Origin: an uncultured Acidobacteriota bacterium
GTDB taxonomy: Bacteria; Acidobacteriota; Thermoanaerobaculia; Multivoradales; UBA5704
DNA: 64,000 nucleotides
NCBI GenBank assembly: GCA_963698025.1
Contig: OY969112.1
Coordinates: forward strand, 1,341,242 to 1,405,241
Reading direction: 5' to 3'
Shown here: in pieces, positions 44,656 to 56,775 of the stretch
Position numbering within the stretch: the stretch's first letter is position 1
Layout: each line of letters starts with the position of its first letter
Program-made: the position numbers and the translations under genes
Notes under the pieces: generated by a model
Seen by the model: the letters and a program-made list of their open reading frames with translations, nothing else
The model's database searches: none
Told to the model about the DNA's origin: nothing

Positions 44656-45590
44656 CGGAGATGAAGGACGGCCTGCTGTTGCTCGACAAGGATCCGGGGT
44701 TCACCTCGCACGACGCCGTGCAGCGGACGCGGCGGGTCCTGAAGCAGAAGAAGATCGGCCATTGCGGCACGCTGGATCCGGACGCCACCGGGCTGCTCCT
44801 GCTGACGCTGGGGACGGCGACCCGGCTGACCCGGTTCCTGATCCGGGCGCCCAAGGTCTACGAGGGGGTCATCCGCTTCGGGACGGCCACCGACACTTAC
44901 GACGCCGCGGGGCGGGTGACCGCCGAGGCGCCCCCCGAAGCGGTCGCGGCGCTGGCGCCGGCGGCGGTGGCCGCGGCCATGCGCGGCTTCGAGGGGGAGA
45001 TCCAGCAGCAGCCGCCCCCCTACTCCGCCAAGAAGATCCAGGGGGTCAAGTACTACGAGCTGGCCCGCCGGGGGGAAGAGGTGCCGTCCGAGACCAAGGA
45101 CGTCACGGTCTACGAGTTCGCCCCCGCCGGCGATATTGGCGACATGGATGAGGAGGGGCGCCTGCGCTTCCGGCTCTCCTGCTCCTCGGGAACCTACGCC
45201 CGCGGCCTCGCCCACGACCTGGGCGCGGCGCTGGGGGTGGGAGCGCATCTCGCCGAGCTGCGCCGCACCCGGATCGGCGGCTTCCGGACCGAGGACGCCC
45301 TGCGGCTCCCCCGGCTCGAGGAGCTGGTCCAGGCGGGCGAGCCGCTGGGATCGGCGTGGGTGCCGTTCGACCAGATCCCGCTCCCCTTCGGCGAGGTCAC
45401 CGCCGACCCGCAGCAGGAGCACCGGATCGCCCACGGGCAGACGGTGCTGGTGCGCGAGCTCGCGGGGGAGGAGGGGGACTGGGTCAAGTTGATCAATCGC
45501 CGGCGGGAGTTCATCGCCGTCGGCACCGTCACGGAGAGGATCGGCACTGCCGGGGTCGGCATCGTCCAGCCCCGGGTCGTGTTCCGCTGA
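44652..45590 (+). CDS. truB: tRNA pseudouridine(55) synthase TruB
   Basis: GLLLLDKDPGFTSHD and GHCGTLDPDATGLL catalytic-Asp motifs. ATGA overlap with the upstream gene. Confidence 0.9.
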   Translation: MTEMKDGLLLLDKDPGFTSHDAVQRTRRVLKQKKIGHCGTLDPDATGLLLLTLGTATRLTRFLIRAPKVYEGVIRFGTATDTYDAAGRVTAEAPPEAVAALAPAAVAAAMRGFEGEIQQQPPPYSAKKIQGVKYYELARRGEEVPSETKDVTVYEFAPAGDIGDMDEEGRLRFRLSCSSGTYARGLAHDLGAALGVGAHLAELRRTRIGGFRTEDALRLPRLEELVQAGEPLGSAWVPFDQIPLPFGEVTADPQQEHRIAHGQTVLVRELAGEEGDWVKLINRRREFIAVGTVTERIGTAGVGIVQPRVVFR

Positions 45591-45606
45591 GCGGAGCGGG
45601 ACCGTG

Positions 45607-45615
45607 TGCTAGAAT
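45607..45615 (+). promoter_or_regulatory. Possible extended -10 promoter element for rpsO
   Basis: TGc-TAGAAT lies ~35 nt upstream of the rpsO start. There is no clear -35. Confidence 0.35.
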
Positions 45616-45649
45616 GTAGTCTTGAGAGAAATGTAAGGAGGAGTTTGCT

Positions 45650-45919
45650 TTGGCGCAAACCAGTGAAATCAAAGGAAAGATTATCAGCGACTACCGGGTT
45701 CACGACACGGACACCGGCTCGCCCGAGGTGCAGGTCGCCCTTCTGACCAGCCGGATCAACGAGCTGACCGAGCACTTCAAGACGCACGGCAAGGACCATC
45801 ACAGCCGTCGCGGCCTGCTCAAGCTGGTAGGTCAGCGCCGTCGCCTGCTCGATTATCTGAAGGGGAAGGATGTCGAGAAGTACCGTTCGACCATCGAGCG
45901 TCTCGGGATCCGCAAGTAA
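45650..45919 (+). CDS. rpsO: 30S ribosomal protein S15
   Basis: TTG start with an AAGGAGG RBS and an S15-like sequence ([35 protein letters not shown]). Confidence 0.95.
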   Translation: MAQTSEIKGKIISDYRVHDTDTGSPEVQVALLTSRINELTEHFKTHGKDHHSRRGLLKLVGQRRRLLDYLKGKDVEKYRSTIERLGIRK

Positions 45920-45950
45920 CCCCCCCACCGACCGACTCGGCAGGAAAGAG

Positions 45951-45982
45951 CTCCGGGATCCCCTGAACGACGGGTCCCGGAG
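45951..45982 (+). promoter_or_regulatory. Stem-loop in the 200-nt rpsO-pnp intergenic leader
   Basis: ctccgggatccc ... gggtcccggag forms a stem with one bulge, followed by further small hairpins and a purine-rich tract before the pnp ATG. Confidence 0.45.
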
Positions 45983-46119
45983 CCCTGCGATCCTCCGGAC
46001 CCTTCGGCTCCTCGGCCCCTTCGAGGACGCGACGCCCAGACGTTCAGCCGGTCCGGAACTGTAGGTAGACGAACAAAGCGGAATAAAGCGAAACAAGAGA
46101 GAGAGAAAAGACAAATCCT

Positions 46120-48420
<2,301 letters not shown>

Positions 48421-48449
48421 ACCCCTTTCCCTCCTCGCGAGCACAGTAC

Positions 48450-48480
48450 GGGCGGCCTTCGGGCCGCCCTTTCCTTTTCC
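48450..48480 (+). terminator. Rho-independent terminator after pnp
   Basis: gggcggcc-ttcg-ggccgccc followed by tttccttttcc. Confidence 0.65.
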
Positions 48481-48500
48481 GCGAGATATACACTCTCTCC

Positions 48501-49265
48501 ATGCCGAGCTCCGTGAACCGCGACGCCCTCGTCTCCCACCTCGACCAGTACCTCGACTCGCGCGGGCGGGACTACGGGCCGAACGGCCTGCAGGTGGAGG
48601 GGCGGGAGGAGATCCGCAAAGTCGTCACCGGCGTCTCGGCCTGCCAGGAGCTGTTCGTCCGCGCCCGCGAGGCCGGAGCGGACGCCGTGCTGGTCCATCA
48701 CGGCCTGTTCTGGGAGGGGATGCCGCGCACCCTGACCGGTTTCCAGTACAAGCGGGTGGCGGAGCTGATCCGGGGGGAGATGAGCCTGCTCGCCTATCAC
48801 CTGCCGCTCGACCGCCATCTCGAGGTGGGCAACAACGCGGTGGCCGGCCGCGAGCTCGGGCTGCGGCGGATCGAGCCTTTCGGCCTTCACGAGGGGCTGC
48901 CGCTCGGCGTCAAGGGGCTCTACCCCGAGCCGATCCCGGCGGCCGAGCTGGTCGAGCGCTGCCGCCGGGTCTACGGCCAGGAGCCGCTCGCCTACCTGTC
49001 CGGCCCGGGATCGATCTCGACGCTCGGGATCATCAGCGGCGGCGGCCAGCGGGAGTTCTACACGGCGATCGAGGAGGGGCTCGACGCCTACGTCACCGGC
49101 GAGGTCACGGAGTGGGTGATGAACGTGGCGAAGGAGACCGGGACCCACTACCTCGCCGCCGGCCACTACGCGACTGAGCGGCTGGGCGTCCGCGCCCTCG
49201 GCGAGCACCTCGTGGAGCGGTTCGGGATCGAGGTCGAGTTCATCGACGTGCCGAACCCCGCCTGA
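48501..49265 (+). CDS. Nif3-family dinuclear metal-centre protein (YbgI-like)
   Basis: GPNGLQVEG...VLVHHGLFW and a C-terminal AGHYATE motif. Confidence 0.85.
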   Translation: MPSSVNRDALVSHLDQYLDSRGRDYGPNGLQVEGREEIRKVVTGVSACQELFVRAREAGADAVLVHHGLFWEGMPRTLTGFQYKRVAELIRGEMSLLAYHLPLDRHLEVGNNAVAGRELGLRRIEPFGLHEGLPLGVKGLYPEPIPAAELVERCRRVYGQEPLAYLSGPGSISTLGIISGGGQREFYTAIEEGLDAYVTGEVTEWVMNVAKETGTHYLAAGHYATERLGVRALGEHLVERFGIEVEFIDVPNPA

Positions 49266-50054
49266 TCAGCCAGCCTTCGGAAAGAGCCGGAAGAAATTCT
49301 CCCCCGTCCGCCGGCAGACCTGCTCGAAGGTCTCTCCCGTCTCCTGGGCGAGGCGGGCGGCGATCTCCACCACGTAGGCGGGACGGTTGGGCTTGCCGCG
49401 ATGGGGGACGGGAGCCAGGTAGGGGGTGTCCGTCTCGACGAGACAGCGGTCCGGCGGCAGGATCGGCAGGACCTCGCGGACGTTGCCGGCCTTGGGGAAG
49501 GTGATCATCCCCGTGAAGCCCAGATAGAAGCCGCGGCCGATCAGCTCGCGGGCCATATCCAGTCCACCCGCGAAGGAGTGGAAGTCCGCCTGGAGATCCC
49601 GGAAGGGCTCCTCGCCGACCACCGCCAGCATCTCCTCGTTGCTATCCCGGTTGTGGACCACGACCGGCAGGCCGAGCTCGACCGCCAGGATCCACTGCTC
49701 GCGCAGGGCTCGAAACTGCGCCTCGCGCGGCGAGTGGTCGTAGTAGAAGTCGAGCCCGCACTCCCCCACCGCCACCGCCTTGGGATCGGCCAGCAGGGAG
49801 CGCAGCCGATTGACGTCCCCCTCCCGCCAGGACACGGCGTCGTGGGGGTGGGTCCCCAGGGCGCACCAGACGTCCGGATGGCGATGGCAGAGGGCGAGGA
49901 CTTCCTCGGCCTCCTCCAGCTTGATGGCGGGAACGAGGAACCCCCGTACCCCCCGCTCCCGGGCCGCGTCGAGGGCGCGCTCGCGCTCCTCTGGCGGCAG
50001 GCTCTGGAGGTGGCAGTGGGAGTCGATCGGACCCGAGAGGTCGTGGGGACTCAC
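49266..50054 (-). CDS. tatD: TatD-family metal-dependent hydrolase
   Basis: IDSHCHL N-terminal motif, with HNRD and ETDTPYL motifs. Confidence 0.85.
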   Translation of the reverse strand: MSPHDLSGPIDSHCHLQSLPPEERERALDAARERGVRGFLVPAIKLEEAEEVLALCHRHPDVWCALGTHPHDAVSWREGDVNRLRSLLADPKAVAVGECGLDFYYDHSPREAQFRALREQWILAVELGLPVVVHNRDSNEEMLAVVGEEPFRDLQADFHSFAGGLDMARELIGRGFYLGFTGMITFPKAGNVREVLPILPPDRCLVETDTPYLAPVPHRGKPNRPAYVVEIAARLAQETGETFEQVCRRTGENFFRLFPKAG

Positions 50055-52021
50055 TTGACGCGGGTGCCGTTCGGGACCTGGGCTCCCGGATGGAGCAGGA
50101 CCGGCTTGCCGTCGAGCGAGGCGGCAAGGACCATCCCCTGCGACTCGACGCCCATCAGCTTGGCGGGCTGCAGGTTCGCCGCCACCACCACCTGCTTGCC
50201 CACCAGATCCTCCGGCTTGTAGGCGAGCGCGATGCCGGCGACGATCGTGCGCGGCGCGCCCTCGCCGAGATCGGCCGAAAGCTTCAGCAGCTTGTTCGAC
50301 TTCGGCACCGGCTCGGCGGCGAGGATCGTCGCCACCTTGAGCTCGGCCTGGAAGAACTGGTCGATCGAGATCAGGCCGGTCTTTTCGCCGCCGGCATCGG
50401 GAGCGGCGGCAGTGGCGGCAGTCGTGGCAGGGGGGGGCGTCTCCATGGTCTTCTGTCTCTCCTGGCCCTGAGCCCGGGCTTCGCCGAGGTAGGCCTCCTT
50501 GTCGATCCGGGGGAAGAGGGGTGCCAGCTCGGGGATCTCGGCCTCGGTGGGGGTGCCCCCCCAGCGCAGCGCGTCGAGGCTGTCCGGCGGTGTCGCGATG
50601 CCGATCGCGGCGAGCACCCGCGGCGCCATCCGCGGCATGAACGGCAGGAGCCCGGTGGCGACGATCCGCACCGCCTCCAGCCCGATCCAGAGGATGCGGG
50701 CGAGCTTCGGGGTGGGCCCCTCGGTCTTGATCAGCTTCCAGGGCTCGTGGCTGACGATATACTGGTTGGTCTCCGCGAGCAGCCGCCAGAGGCTCTCGAG
50801 CGCCCGGCTGAAGGCGAGGTCGTCCATCGCCGCCTGGTAGTCCGCCACCGCTTTCTTGGCGGCCACGGCAAGGACGTTGTCGCTGCAGGAATTGGGGGGC
50901 GTCTGGCCGCCGAAGGCGCTGCGGGAAAGGGTCACCAGGCGGCTCACGGTGTTGCCGAGATCGTTCGCCAGGTCGCTGTTGTAGCGGTCGACGAACGCCT
51001 CGTCCGAGAAGCTGGCATCCTGGCCGAAGACCATCTCGCGCAGCAGGAAGTAGCGGACGCTATCGCTGCCGAAGCGCTCGATCAGCTCGTCGGGGCTCAC
51101 GATGTTGCCGGCGGACTTCGAGATCTTCCGGCCGTCGCGCTGCCACCAGCCGTGAGCCCAGACCACGCTCGGCAGCGGCAGGCCGGCCGACATCAGGACT
51201 GCCGGCCAGTAGACGGCGTGGAAACGCAGGATGTCCTTGCCCACGAGTTGGAGTCGGACGTCGCCGTGCTCCCAGAACTTCTGGTAGAGCCGGTCGTCCT
51301 GGCCGCCGAAGCCCAGGGCGCTGATGTAGTTGGTAAGGGCCTCGAGCCAGACGTAGACGGTCTGGCCCGGATAGCCGGGGAACGGGATCCCCCATTCCAG
51401 GTTGGAGCGCGAGACGGAGAGGTCGCGCAGGCCCCCCTCGACGAAGGAGCGGACCTCGTTCAGGCGGCTCTCCGGCCGCACGAACTCGGGGTGAGCAGCA
51501 TAGAGGTCGAGAAGCGGCTGCTGGTACTTCGAGAGCCGGAAGAAGATGTTCTCCTCCGACTTCCATTCGACCGGCGTGCCGTGGACCGGGCAGGTCTTCT
51601 CCGGCGCCAGCTCCTTCTCGGTGTAGAAGGTCTCGCAGGGGGGGCAGTACCACCCCTCGTGGCGCGCCGTGTAGAGGTCCCCCGCCGCCTCGATGCGGCG
51701 GATGATCTCGACCACCCCCCGCTTGTGCCGCTCCTCGGTGGTGCGGATGAAGTCGTCGTAGGAGAACCCCAGCCGGTCGCGCAGCTCGTGATACTTGGCC
51801 ACCACCCGGTCGGCCAAGACGATCGGCTCGATCCCCTCGGCGCGGGCCGCCCGCTCGATGTTCTGGCCGTGCTCGTCGGTCCCGGTGAGGAAGTAGACGT
51901 CCTGCCCCGCCATCCGCAGATAGCGCGCCAGGGTATCGCCGACGGTGGTCGTGAAGATGTGCCCGATGTGGGGCAGCGCGTTCACGTAGTAGATCGGGGT
52001 GGTGAGATAGAAGGTGCTCAT
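50051..52021 (-). CDS. metG: Methionine--tRNA ligase with C-terminal tRNA-binding (EMAP/Trbp111-like) domain
   Basis: A HIGH-type motif (PHIGH), KISKS, and a zinc-knuckle CPPCETF..CPVHG. Confidence 0.95.
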   Translation of the reverse strand: MSTFYLTTPIYYVNALPHIGHIFTTTVGDTLARYLRMAGQDVYFLTGTDEHGQNIERAARAEGIEPIVLADRVVAKYHELRDRLGFSYDDFIRTTEERHKRGVVEIIRRIEAAGDLYTARHEGWYCPPCETFYTEKELAPEKTCPVHGTPVEWKSEENIFFRLSKYQQPLLDLYAAHPEFVRPESRLNEVRSFVEGGLRDLSVSRSNLEWGIPFPGYPGQTVYVWLEALTNYISALGFGGQDDRLYQKFWEHGDVRLQLVGKDILRFHAVYWPAVLMSAGLPLPSVVWAHGWWQRDGRKISKSAGNIVSPDELIERFGSDSVRYFLLREMVFGQDASFSDEAFVDRYNSDLANDLGNTVSRLVTLSRSAFGGQTPPNSCSDNVLAVAAKKAVADYQAAMDDLAFSRALESLWRLLAETNQYIVSHEPWKLIKTEGPTPKLARILWIGLEAVRIVATGLLPFMPRMAPRVLAAIGIATPPDSLDALRWGGTPTEAEIPELAPLFPRIDKEAYLGEARAQGQERQKTMETPPPATTAATAAAPDAGGEKTGLISIDQFFQAELKVATILAAEPVPKSNKLLKLSADLGEGAPRTIVAGIALAYKPEDLVGKQVVVAANLQPAKLMGVESQGMVLAASLDGKPVLLHPGAQVPNGTRVK

Positions 52022-52057
52022 GGGGAGGGGGATTATTACATCATTGAGATCGGCCGT

Positions 52058-52954
52058 TCAGGCCAGATCTTCCAGGGTGAACCGGTGGCGCGCGCCACAG
52101 AAGGCGCAGTCGGCCTCGATGGTGCCGTCGTCCGCGCGCAGGTAGTCCCGGTCGTCCGCCGGCAGGCCGGCGAGGTGGTCGAGCAGGCGCTCGCGGCTGC
52201 AGCGGCAGCGATAGCGCAGCGGCCGGACCTCCTTGACCTCGCGGTCGAGCCCGGCGAGAACCTTTTCGACGACGTGCTCGGCGCCTCCTTCTTCGATGAG
52301 ATGGCTGACGCCGCGGATGCCGGCGATGTTGCTCTCGAGACGGGCGACGGTCTCCTCGGGCGCGCCGGGCAGCACCTCGACCACCATGCCGCCGGCGGCG
52401 ACGACGCCGCTCGGCTTGCCGAGCACGCCCAGCAGCACGGCGGACTGCCTCTGCTCGCTCTGCGAGAGGTAATAGGCGACGTCCTCGCCGATCTCGCCGC
52501 TCACCAGCTCGACCTGGCTCTGGTAGCTGTTCCCCTGCTCGTACTCACGGAGCACGCGGAGGTACCCCTTCCCCACCGCCCGCCCCACCCCCAGCTTGCC
52601 GCCCGGCCAGTCCGGGACCTGCACCCTGGGGTCCCCCACCAGGCCGCGGAGATTGCCTTCGTCGTCGGCCTCCGCGAGGACCCGCAGGATCGGTCCGTCG
52701 CCGCGCACCTCCAGCATCAGGCGGCCCGGTCTCTTGGTGGACAGGCGCTGCAGCAGGGCCGCGCCGGCCAGGCAGCGGCCGAGCGCCGCGGCCGGCACCG
52801 GCCAGAGGTCGAACCGGTCGCGCACCTCTTCCATGACGTCGGTGATGTCGGCGACCGCCCAGCGGAAAGCGCCGTTGCCGGCGAGCCCCAGCTCGAGCGT
52901 CCCCTGCGCGGTGATCGGTGTCTCGTTCACTGCCATCTCTCCATCCGGGTGCAA
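52058..52954 (-). CDS. hslO: Redox-regulated chaperone Hsp33
   Basis: The C-terminal zinc centre CRCS...CAFCG and an Hsp33-like core. Confidence 0.9.
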   Translation of the reverse strand: MHPDGEMAVNETPITAQGTLELGLAGNGAFRWAVADITDVMEEVRDRFDLWPVPAAALGRCLAGAALLQRLSTKRPGRLMLEVRGDGPILRVLAEADDEGNLRGLVGDPRVQVPDWPGGKLGVGRAVGKGYLRVLREYEQGNSYQSQVELVSGEIGEDVAYYLSQSEQRQSAVLLGVLGKPSGVVAAGGMVVEVLPGAPEETVARLESNIAGIRGVSHLIEEGGAEHVVEKVLAGLDREVKEVRPLRYRCRCSRERLLDHLAGLPADDRDYLRADDGTIEADCAFCGARHRFTLEDLA

Positions 52955-53043
52955 AAAGACAATGCGAAGACTGACAGGGACGTCAGGGACCGCAGGGACA
53001 ACAGGAAAAACCGTCCTTCGTGTCCTTGAAGTCCCTGCCGTTC

Positions 53044-54321
53044 TTAGGATTTGAGAGCGCCCGTGGCCGCCAGGGCGGCACGGTAGACGTCGCGCCAGGG
53101 AGCTCCACTGGCGAGCGCCAGCCGGCGGCAGTCTTCGAATTCGGGCGCCACCGCGAGCGGGCGGCCGTCGAGGCGGGCGCGCTTGATCCTCACGGTTCCA
53201 AACGCGGTGGCGACCTCCAGAATTTCTCGTTCCGCCTCGAGGCGCGAGGCCGCGTGGTAGCGGCAGCCGAGGGAGCCGGACTCGGTGAGCAGGAGCCCCG
53301 CCAGCTCCTCCAGCTGCGGGCGGCGGCAGAGCAGGGTGACCAGGGTGCCGGGCCGGCTCTTCTTCATCTGGACGGGGGTGAAGTAGACGTCGAGGGCACC
53401 GGCGGCGAGCAGGCGTTCCATCAGGAACCCGAACCCCTCGCCCGGCAGGTCGTCGACCTCGGTCTCGACGACCATGACTTCGGCGCGCGCCGCGGCGGAC
53501 CGCCCGCGCAGCAGGCGCAGGGCGTTGGGGTGGGTCGGAAGGTCTTTCTTCCCCAGGCCGTAGCCGGCGCCGTCGAGCACCATGGCGGGGAGGTCGAGGA
53601 ACTCGTCGACCAGCTCGGCCAGGATCACCGCGCCGGTCGGCGTCGTCAGCTCGCCGCCCGGCCCGCCGAAGACGGGGACGCCGCGCAGCAGCTCGGCCGT
53701 GGCGGGCGCCGGAATCGACACCTCGCCGTGCGCCATCCTCACCCGGCCGCTCCCCAGGTTCACCGGGCCGCAGGTGAGCCGCTCCGGCGCCAGATGCTCG
53801 ATGGCGGCGGCGGCCCCCACCAGGTCGACGATCGAGTCGATCGCCCCCACCTCGTGGAAGTGGACCCGCTCGATCGGCATGCCGTGCGCCTTCGCCTCCG
53901 CCTCGCCCAGGCGCTGGAAGAGCCGAACCGCCCGCTCCTTCACCGCCGCGGAGAGGGCGCTCCCCTGGATCATCCCCCGGATCTCGGCCAGCCCGCGCGT
54001 GTGTCCGTGATGATGTCCATGTTCATGTCCGTGGTGATGTCCGTGTTCATGTCCATGGTCATGTCCGTGGTCGTGATGATGCTCGTGGGCGGCCTCTTCC
54101 GGATCCGGCCCCTCGAGCGGCCTGCCGTGCTCGAGGACGCGGAAGCGGGTCCCCTCGAAGCCGCCGCGCGAGGCTTTGCGGGCCTCGACCGACACCCCGG
54201 AGAGGCCGAGCCGGACCACGACGTCAGAGAGGATCTCGACCGGCATGCCGAGGTCCAGGCAGGCGCCGAGGAACATGTCACCGGCGATGCCGCTGCTGCA
54301 ATCCAGATGGTAGGTCGCCAT
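53044..54321 (-). CDS. larC: Nickel-pincer cofactor biosynthesis protein LarC (DUF111)
   Basis: N-terminus YHLDCSSGIAGDMFLGA and an internal His-rich tract HEHHHDHGHDHGHEHGHHHGHEHGHHHGH. Confidence 0.85.
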   Translation of the reverse strand: MATYHLDCSSGIAGDMFLGACLDLGMPVEILSDVVVRLGLSGVSVEARKASRGGFEGTRFRVLEHGRPLEGPDPEEAAHEHHHDHGHDHGHEHGHHHGHEHGHHHGHTRGLAEIRGMIQGSALSAAVKERAVRLFQRLGEAEAKAHGMPIERVHFHEVGAIDSIVDLVGAAAAIEHLAPERLTCGPVNLGSGRVRMAHGEVSIPAPATAELLRGVPVFGGPGGELTTPTGAVILAELVDEFLDLPAMVLDGAGYGLGKKDLPTHPNALRLLRGRSAAARAEVMVVETEVDDLPGEGFGFLMERLLAAGALDVYFTPVQMKKSRPGTLVTLLCRRPQLEELAGLLLTESGSLGCRYHAASRLEAEREILEVATAFGTVRIKRARLDGRPLAVAPEFEDCRRLALASGAPWRDVYRAALAATGALKS

Positions 54322-54332
54322 GGCGGGTTAGG

Positions 54333-55019
54333 CTACCACGCGCACTTTTCCTTCAGCGACACCCAGCGCCCCCGGTGGCCGAGGATGACGTGGTCGGCCA
54401 GGCGCAGACCCACGATCTCCGCCGCCTCCGCCATGCGCCGGGTGAACAGGAGGTCCTCGGCGCTCGGCGAGGGGTCGCCGCTGGGGTGGGTATGGAAGAG
54501 ATAGATGGCCGCCGCTCCACGCTGCAGGCACTCGCGGAGGATCTCCCGCGGCTCGACCGAGATGCGGGAGATGGTGCCGCGGAACATCTCCCGCTCGCCG
54601 AGCAGGAGGTTGCGGGCGTCGAGGAACAGCGCTCCCATCACCTCCTGGTCGCAGGTCTGGTAGCGGAGCGCCAGGTAGCGGGCCACGTCCACCGGGCGGG
54701 AGAGCGGCTCGGCGTCGAGGAGCTGCTCGCGGGCGAGGCGCCGGCCGATCTCGACCGCGGCGAGGAGGGCCGCGGCCTTGGCGGCGCCGAGGCCGGACCG
54801 CCGGAGCGAATGGGGGGTGGCGGTGAGCAGCCCGGCGAGCCCGCCGTTCTCGCGCAGGACGTCCATCGCCATCTGGAGGGCGGAGACTCCCACCCGGCCC
54901 GTGCGCAGCAGCACGGCGAGCAGCTCCGAGTCGGAGAGCGAGCTGCCGCCGCTCTGGAGCAGGCGCTCCCGCGGGCGCTCCCCCTTGGGCAGCTCGCGGA
55001 TCATGATGGGCTTTGCCAT
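54333..55019 (-). CDS. radC: RadC-family JAMM-motif protein (UPF0758)
   Basis: PRERLL..G...LSDSELLAVLLRTG and the HTHPSG motif. Confidence 0.85.
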   Translation of the reverse strand: MAKPIMIRELPKGERPRERLLQSGGSSLSDSELLAVLLRTGRVGVSALQMAMDVLRENGGLAGLLTATPHSLRRSGLGAAKAAALLAAVEIGRRLAREQLLDAEPLSRPVDVARYLALRYQTCDQEVMGALFLDARNLLLGEREMFRGTISRISVEPREILRECLQRGAAAIYLFHTHPSGDPSPSAEDLLFTRRMAEAAEIVGLRLADHVILGHRGRWVSLKEKCAW

Positions 55020-55777
55020 CGGCTCCTTTCGATCGTCTCGATCGCCTGGACCAGGGCCGGCAGGGCCTCCCCGGCGGGGGCGGCGAGGCGCAGGTCCATG
55101 AGGCGCGAGAAGGGCGTGGGCTCCGGGTTGACCTCGATCAGGCAGGCGCCGGCCTGGTGCGCGAGCTCGATCAGCCCGGCGGCGGGGTAGACCGTGCCGG
55201 AGGTGCCTACGGAGACGAAGAGGTCGCAGAACGTCGCCTCCTCATAGGCGAGGACGAGCACGTCCTCGGGGAGCGCCTCGCCGAACCAGACCACGGCGGG
55301 GCGGAACCTGCCGCCGCAGGAGCAGACCGGCGGCCGCCCGGAGGACTCGGCGACCGCCTCGCCCATCTCCCGGCTCCGGCCGCAGCGCTCGCAAACAGCG
55401 CGGGTGATCGTGCCGTGCAGCTCCAGGAGATTCCGGCTCCCCGCCCGCTGGTGGAGGCCGTCGACGTTCTGTGTCACCACCGTGACCGCCGGGAAGAGGG
55501 TCTCGAGCCGCGCGATCGCGTCGTGGGCGGGGTTGGGAGTGGCCGCCGCGGCCTGACCGTACCGCCAGGCGTACCAGCGCCAGACCTTCTCCGGGTCGGC
55601 CCGAAACGCCTCGGGTGTCGCCAGCTCCTCGGGGCGCATCCTCTCCCAGAGGCCGCCGGCGCCCCGGAAGGTATCGAGGCCGCTCTCGCGCGAGACGCCG
55701 GCGCCGGAGAACACCACGACGCGCTCCGCCCTCCGCACCCGCTCGCGGACCGGCGGGGAAAGCTCCAACGGCTCCAT
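55001..55777 (-). CDS. cobB: NAD-dependent protein deacylase (Sir2/CobB family)
   Basis: GAGVSRESGLDTFRG, QNVDGLH and a Zn ribbon C-x2-C ... C-x-C. Confidence 0.85.
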   Translation of the reverse strand: MEPLELSPPVRERVRRAERVVVFSGAGVSRESGLDTFRGAGGLWERMRPEELATPEAFRADPEKVWRWYAWRYGQAAAATPNPAHDAIARLETLFPAVTVVTQNVDGLHQRAGSRNLLELHGTITRAVCERCGRSREMGEAVAESSGRPPVCSCGGRFRPAVVWFGEALPEDVLVLAYEEATFCDLFVSVGTSGTVYPAAGLIELAHQAGACLIEVNPEPTPFSRLMDLRLAAPAGEALPALVQAIETIERSRWQSPS

Positions 55778-55835
55778 CCTCCTCCTTCCCTCGCGTTGAC
55801 ACTGCGCGACGGATCCTGCTACAAACGCGGCCGTT

Positions 55836-56726
55836 ATGCCCTACCTGCCCAACAACTTCGGCCTCCTCGAACCGGCGGCGAGCGACTATGAGACCAGCCG
55901 CGTCGCCGTCCTCCCCGTCCCCTTCGAGCGCACGACCTCATATGGCAAGGGGACCACGTCCGGCCCGGCGGCCATCCTCCGCGCCTCCCAGGCTATGGAG
56001 CTCTACGACGAGGAGCTGGCGGCCGAGCCCTACGTGCAGGGCATCGCGACCCTGCCCCCCTTCCTCCCCGAGGCGTTCGACATGGGCGAGGGTCTGGCGG
56101 AGCTCCAGGAGGCCTGCAAGGCCCACATGGAACACGGCAAATTCCTGGTGACCCTCGGGGGCGAGCACAGCTTAACGCAAGCGCCGGTCAAGGCGGCCCG
56201 CGAAGTCTTCGGCGAGATCGGAGTCGTGCAGTTCGACGCCCACACCGACCTCCGGGAGGAGTTCGAGGGGACCCCCTACAGCCACGCCAGTGTCATGAAG
56301 CGAGTGGTGGATTCAGGGGTCCCGACGCTGGCGGTCGGCATCCGCTCCCTCTCGGCGCCGGAGGCGGGGTTCGTCCGCGAGAGGAACCTGCCGGTGATCT
56401 GGGGGCACCAGCTCGATCGCGCGGAGGAGCTCTTCCCGGCGATGCTGGCGGCCCTGCCGGAGAAGATCTATCTCACCTTCGACATCGACTACTTCGACCC
56501 CTCGCTGGTCCCCGCCACCGGTACGCCCGAACCGGGCGGCGGCCACTGGTACCCCACGCTCCGCCTCCTCCGCCATCTGTTCCAGACCAGGACGGTGGTA
56601 GCGATGGATCTGATCGAGCTGGCGCCCATCGGCGGCCACCCTGCGAGCGACTTCCTGGCGGCGAAGCTGATCTACAAGTGTCTGGGGTATCTCTGGGAGA
56701 AGGAAGGTCGGCCTGCTGGATCGTGA
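55836..56726 (+). CDS. speB: Agmatinase (arginase/ureohydrolase family)
   Basis: Ureohydrolase Mn-binding motifs GGEHS, DAHTD and DIDYFDP. Confidence 0.8.
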   Translation: MPYLPNNFGLLEPAASDYETSRVAVLPVPFERTTSYGKGTTSGPAAILRASQAMELYDEELAAEPYVQGIATLPPFLPEAFDMGEGLAELQEACKAHMEHGKFLVTLGGEHSLTQAPVKAAREVFGEIGVVQFDAHTDLREEFEGTPYSHASVMKRVVDSGVPTLAVGIRSLSAPEAGFVRERNLPVIWGHQLDRAEELFPAMLAALPEKIYLTFDIDYFDPSLVPATGTPEPGGGHWYPTLRLLRHLFQTRTVVAMDLIELAPIGGHPASDFLAAKLIYKCLGYLWEKEGRPAGS

Positions 56727-56775
56727 CTCCGCTTTCCATGGTAGAATTACCGAAACTGGGAACGGGAGCTCGCTC

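Noticed and set aside
53970-54060. The His-rich tract (HEHHHDHGHDHGH...) and its underlying catg/gtga-rich repeat in larC.
   Set aside because: His-rich segments are a known feature of LarC-type nickel-insertion proteins, so the tract is not anomalous. It is noted only in the feature evidence.
55796-55825. A possible speB promoter: TTGACA, an 18-nt spacer, then TACAAA, only ~10 nt upstream of the ATG. This would imply a near-leaderless mRNA.
   Set aside because: The -10 is weak, the spacing is long, and there is no independent support. This is too speculative for a feature call.
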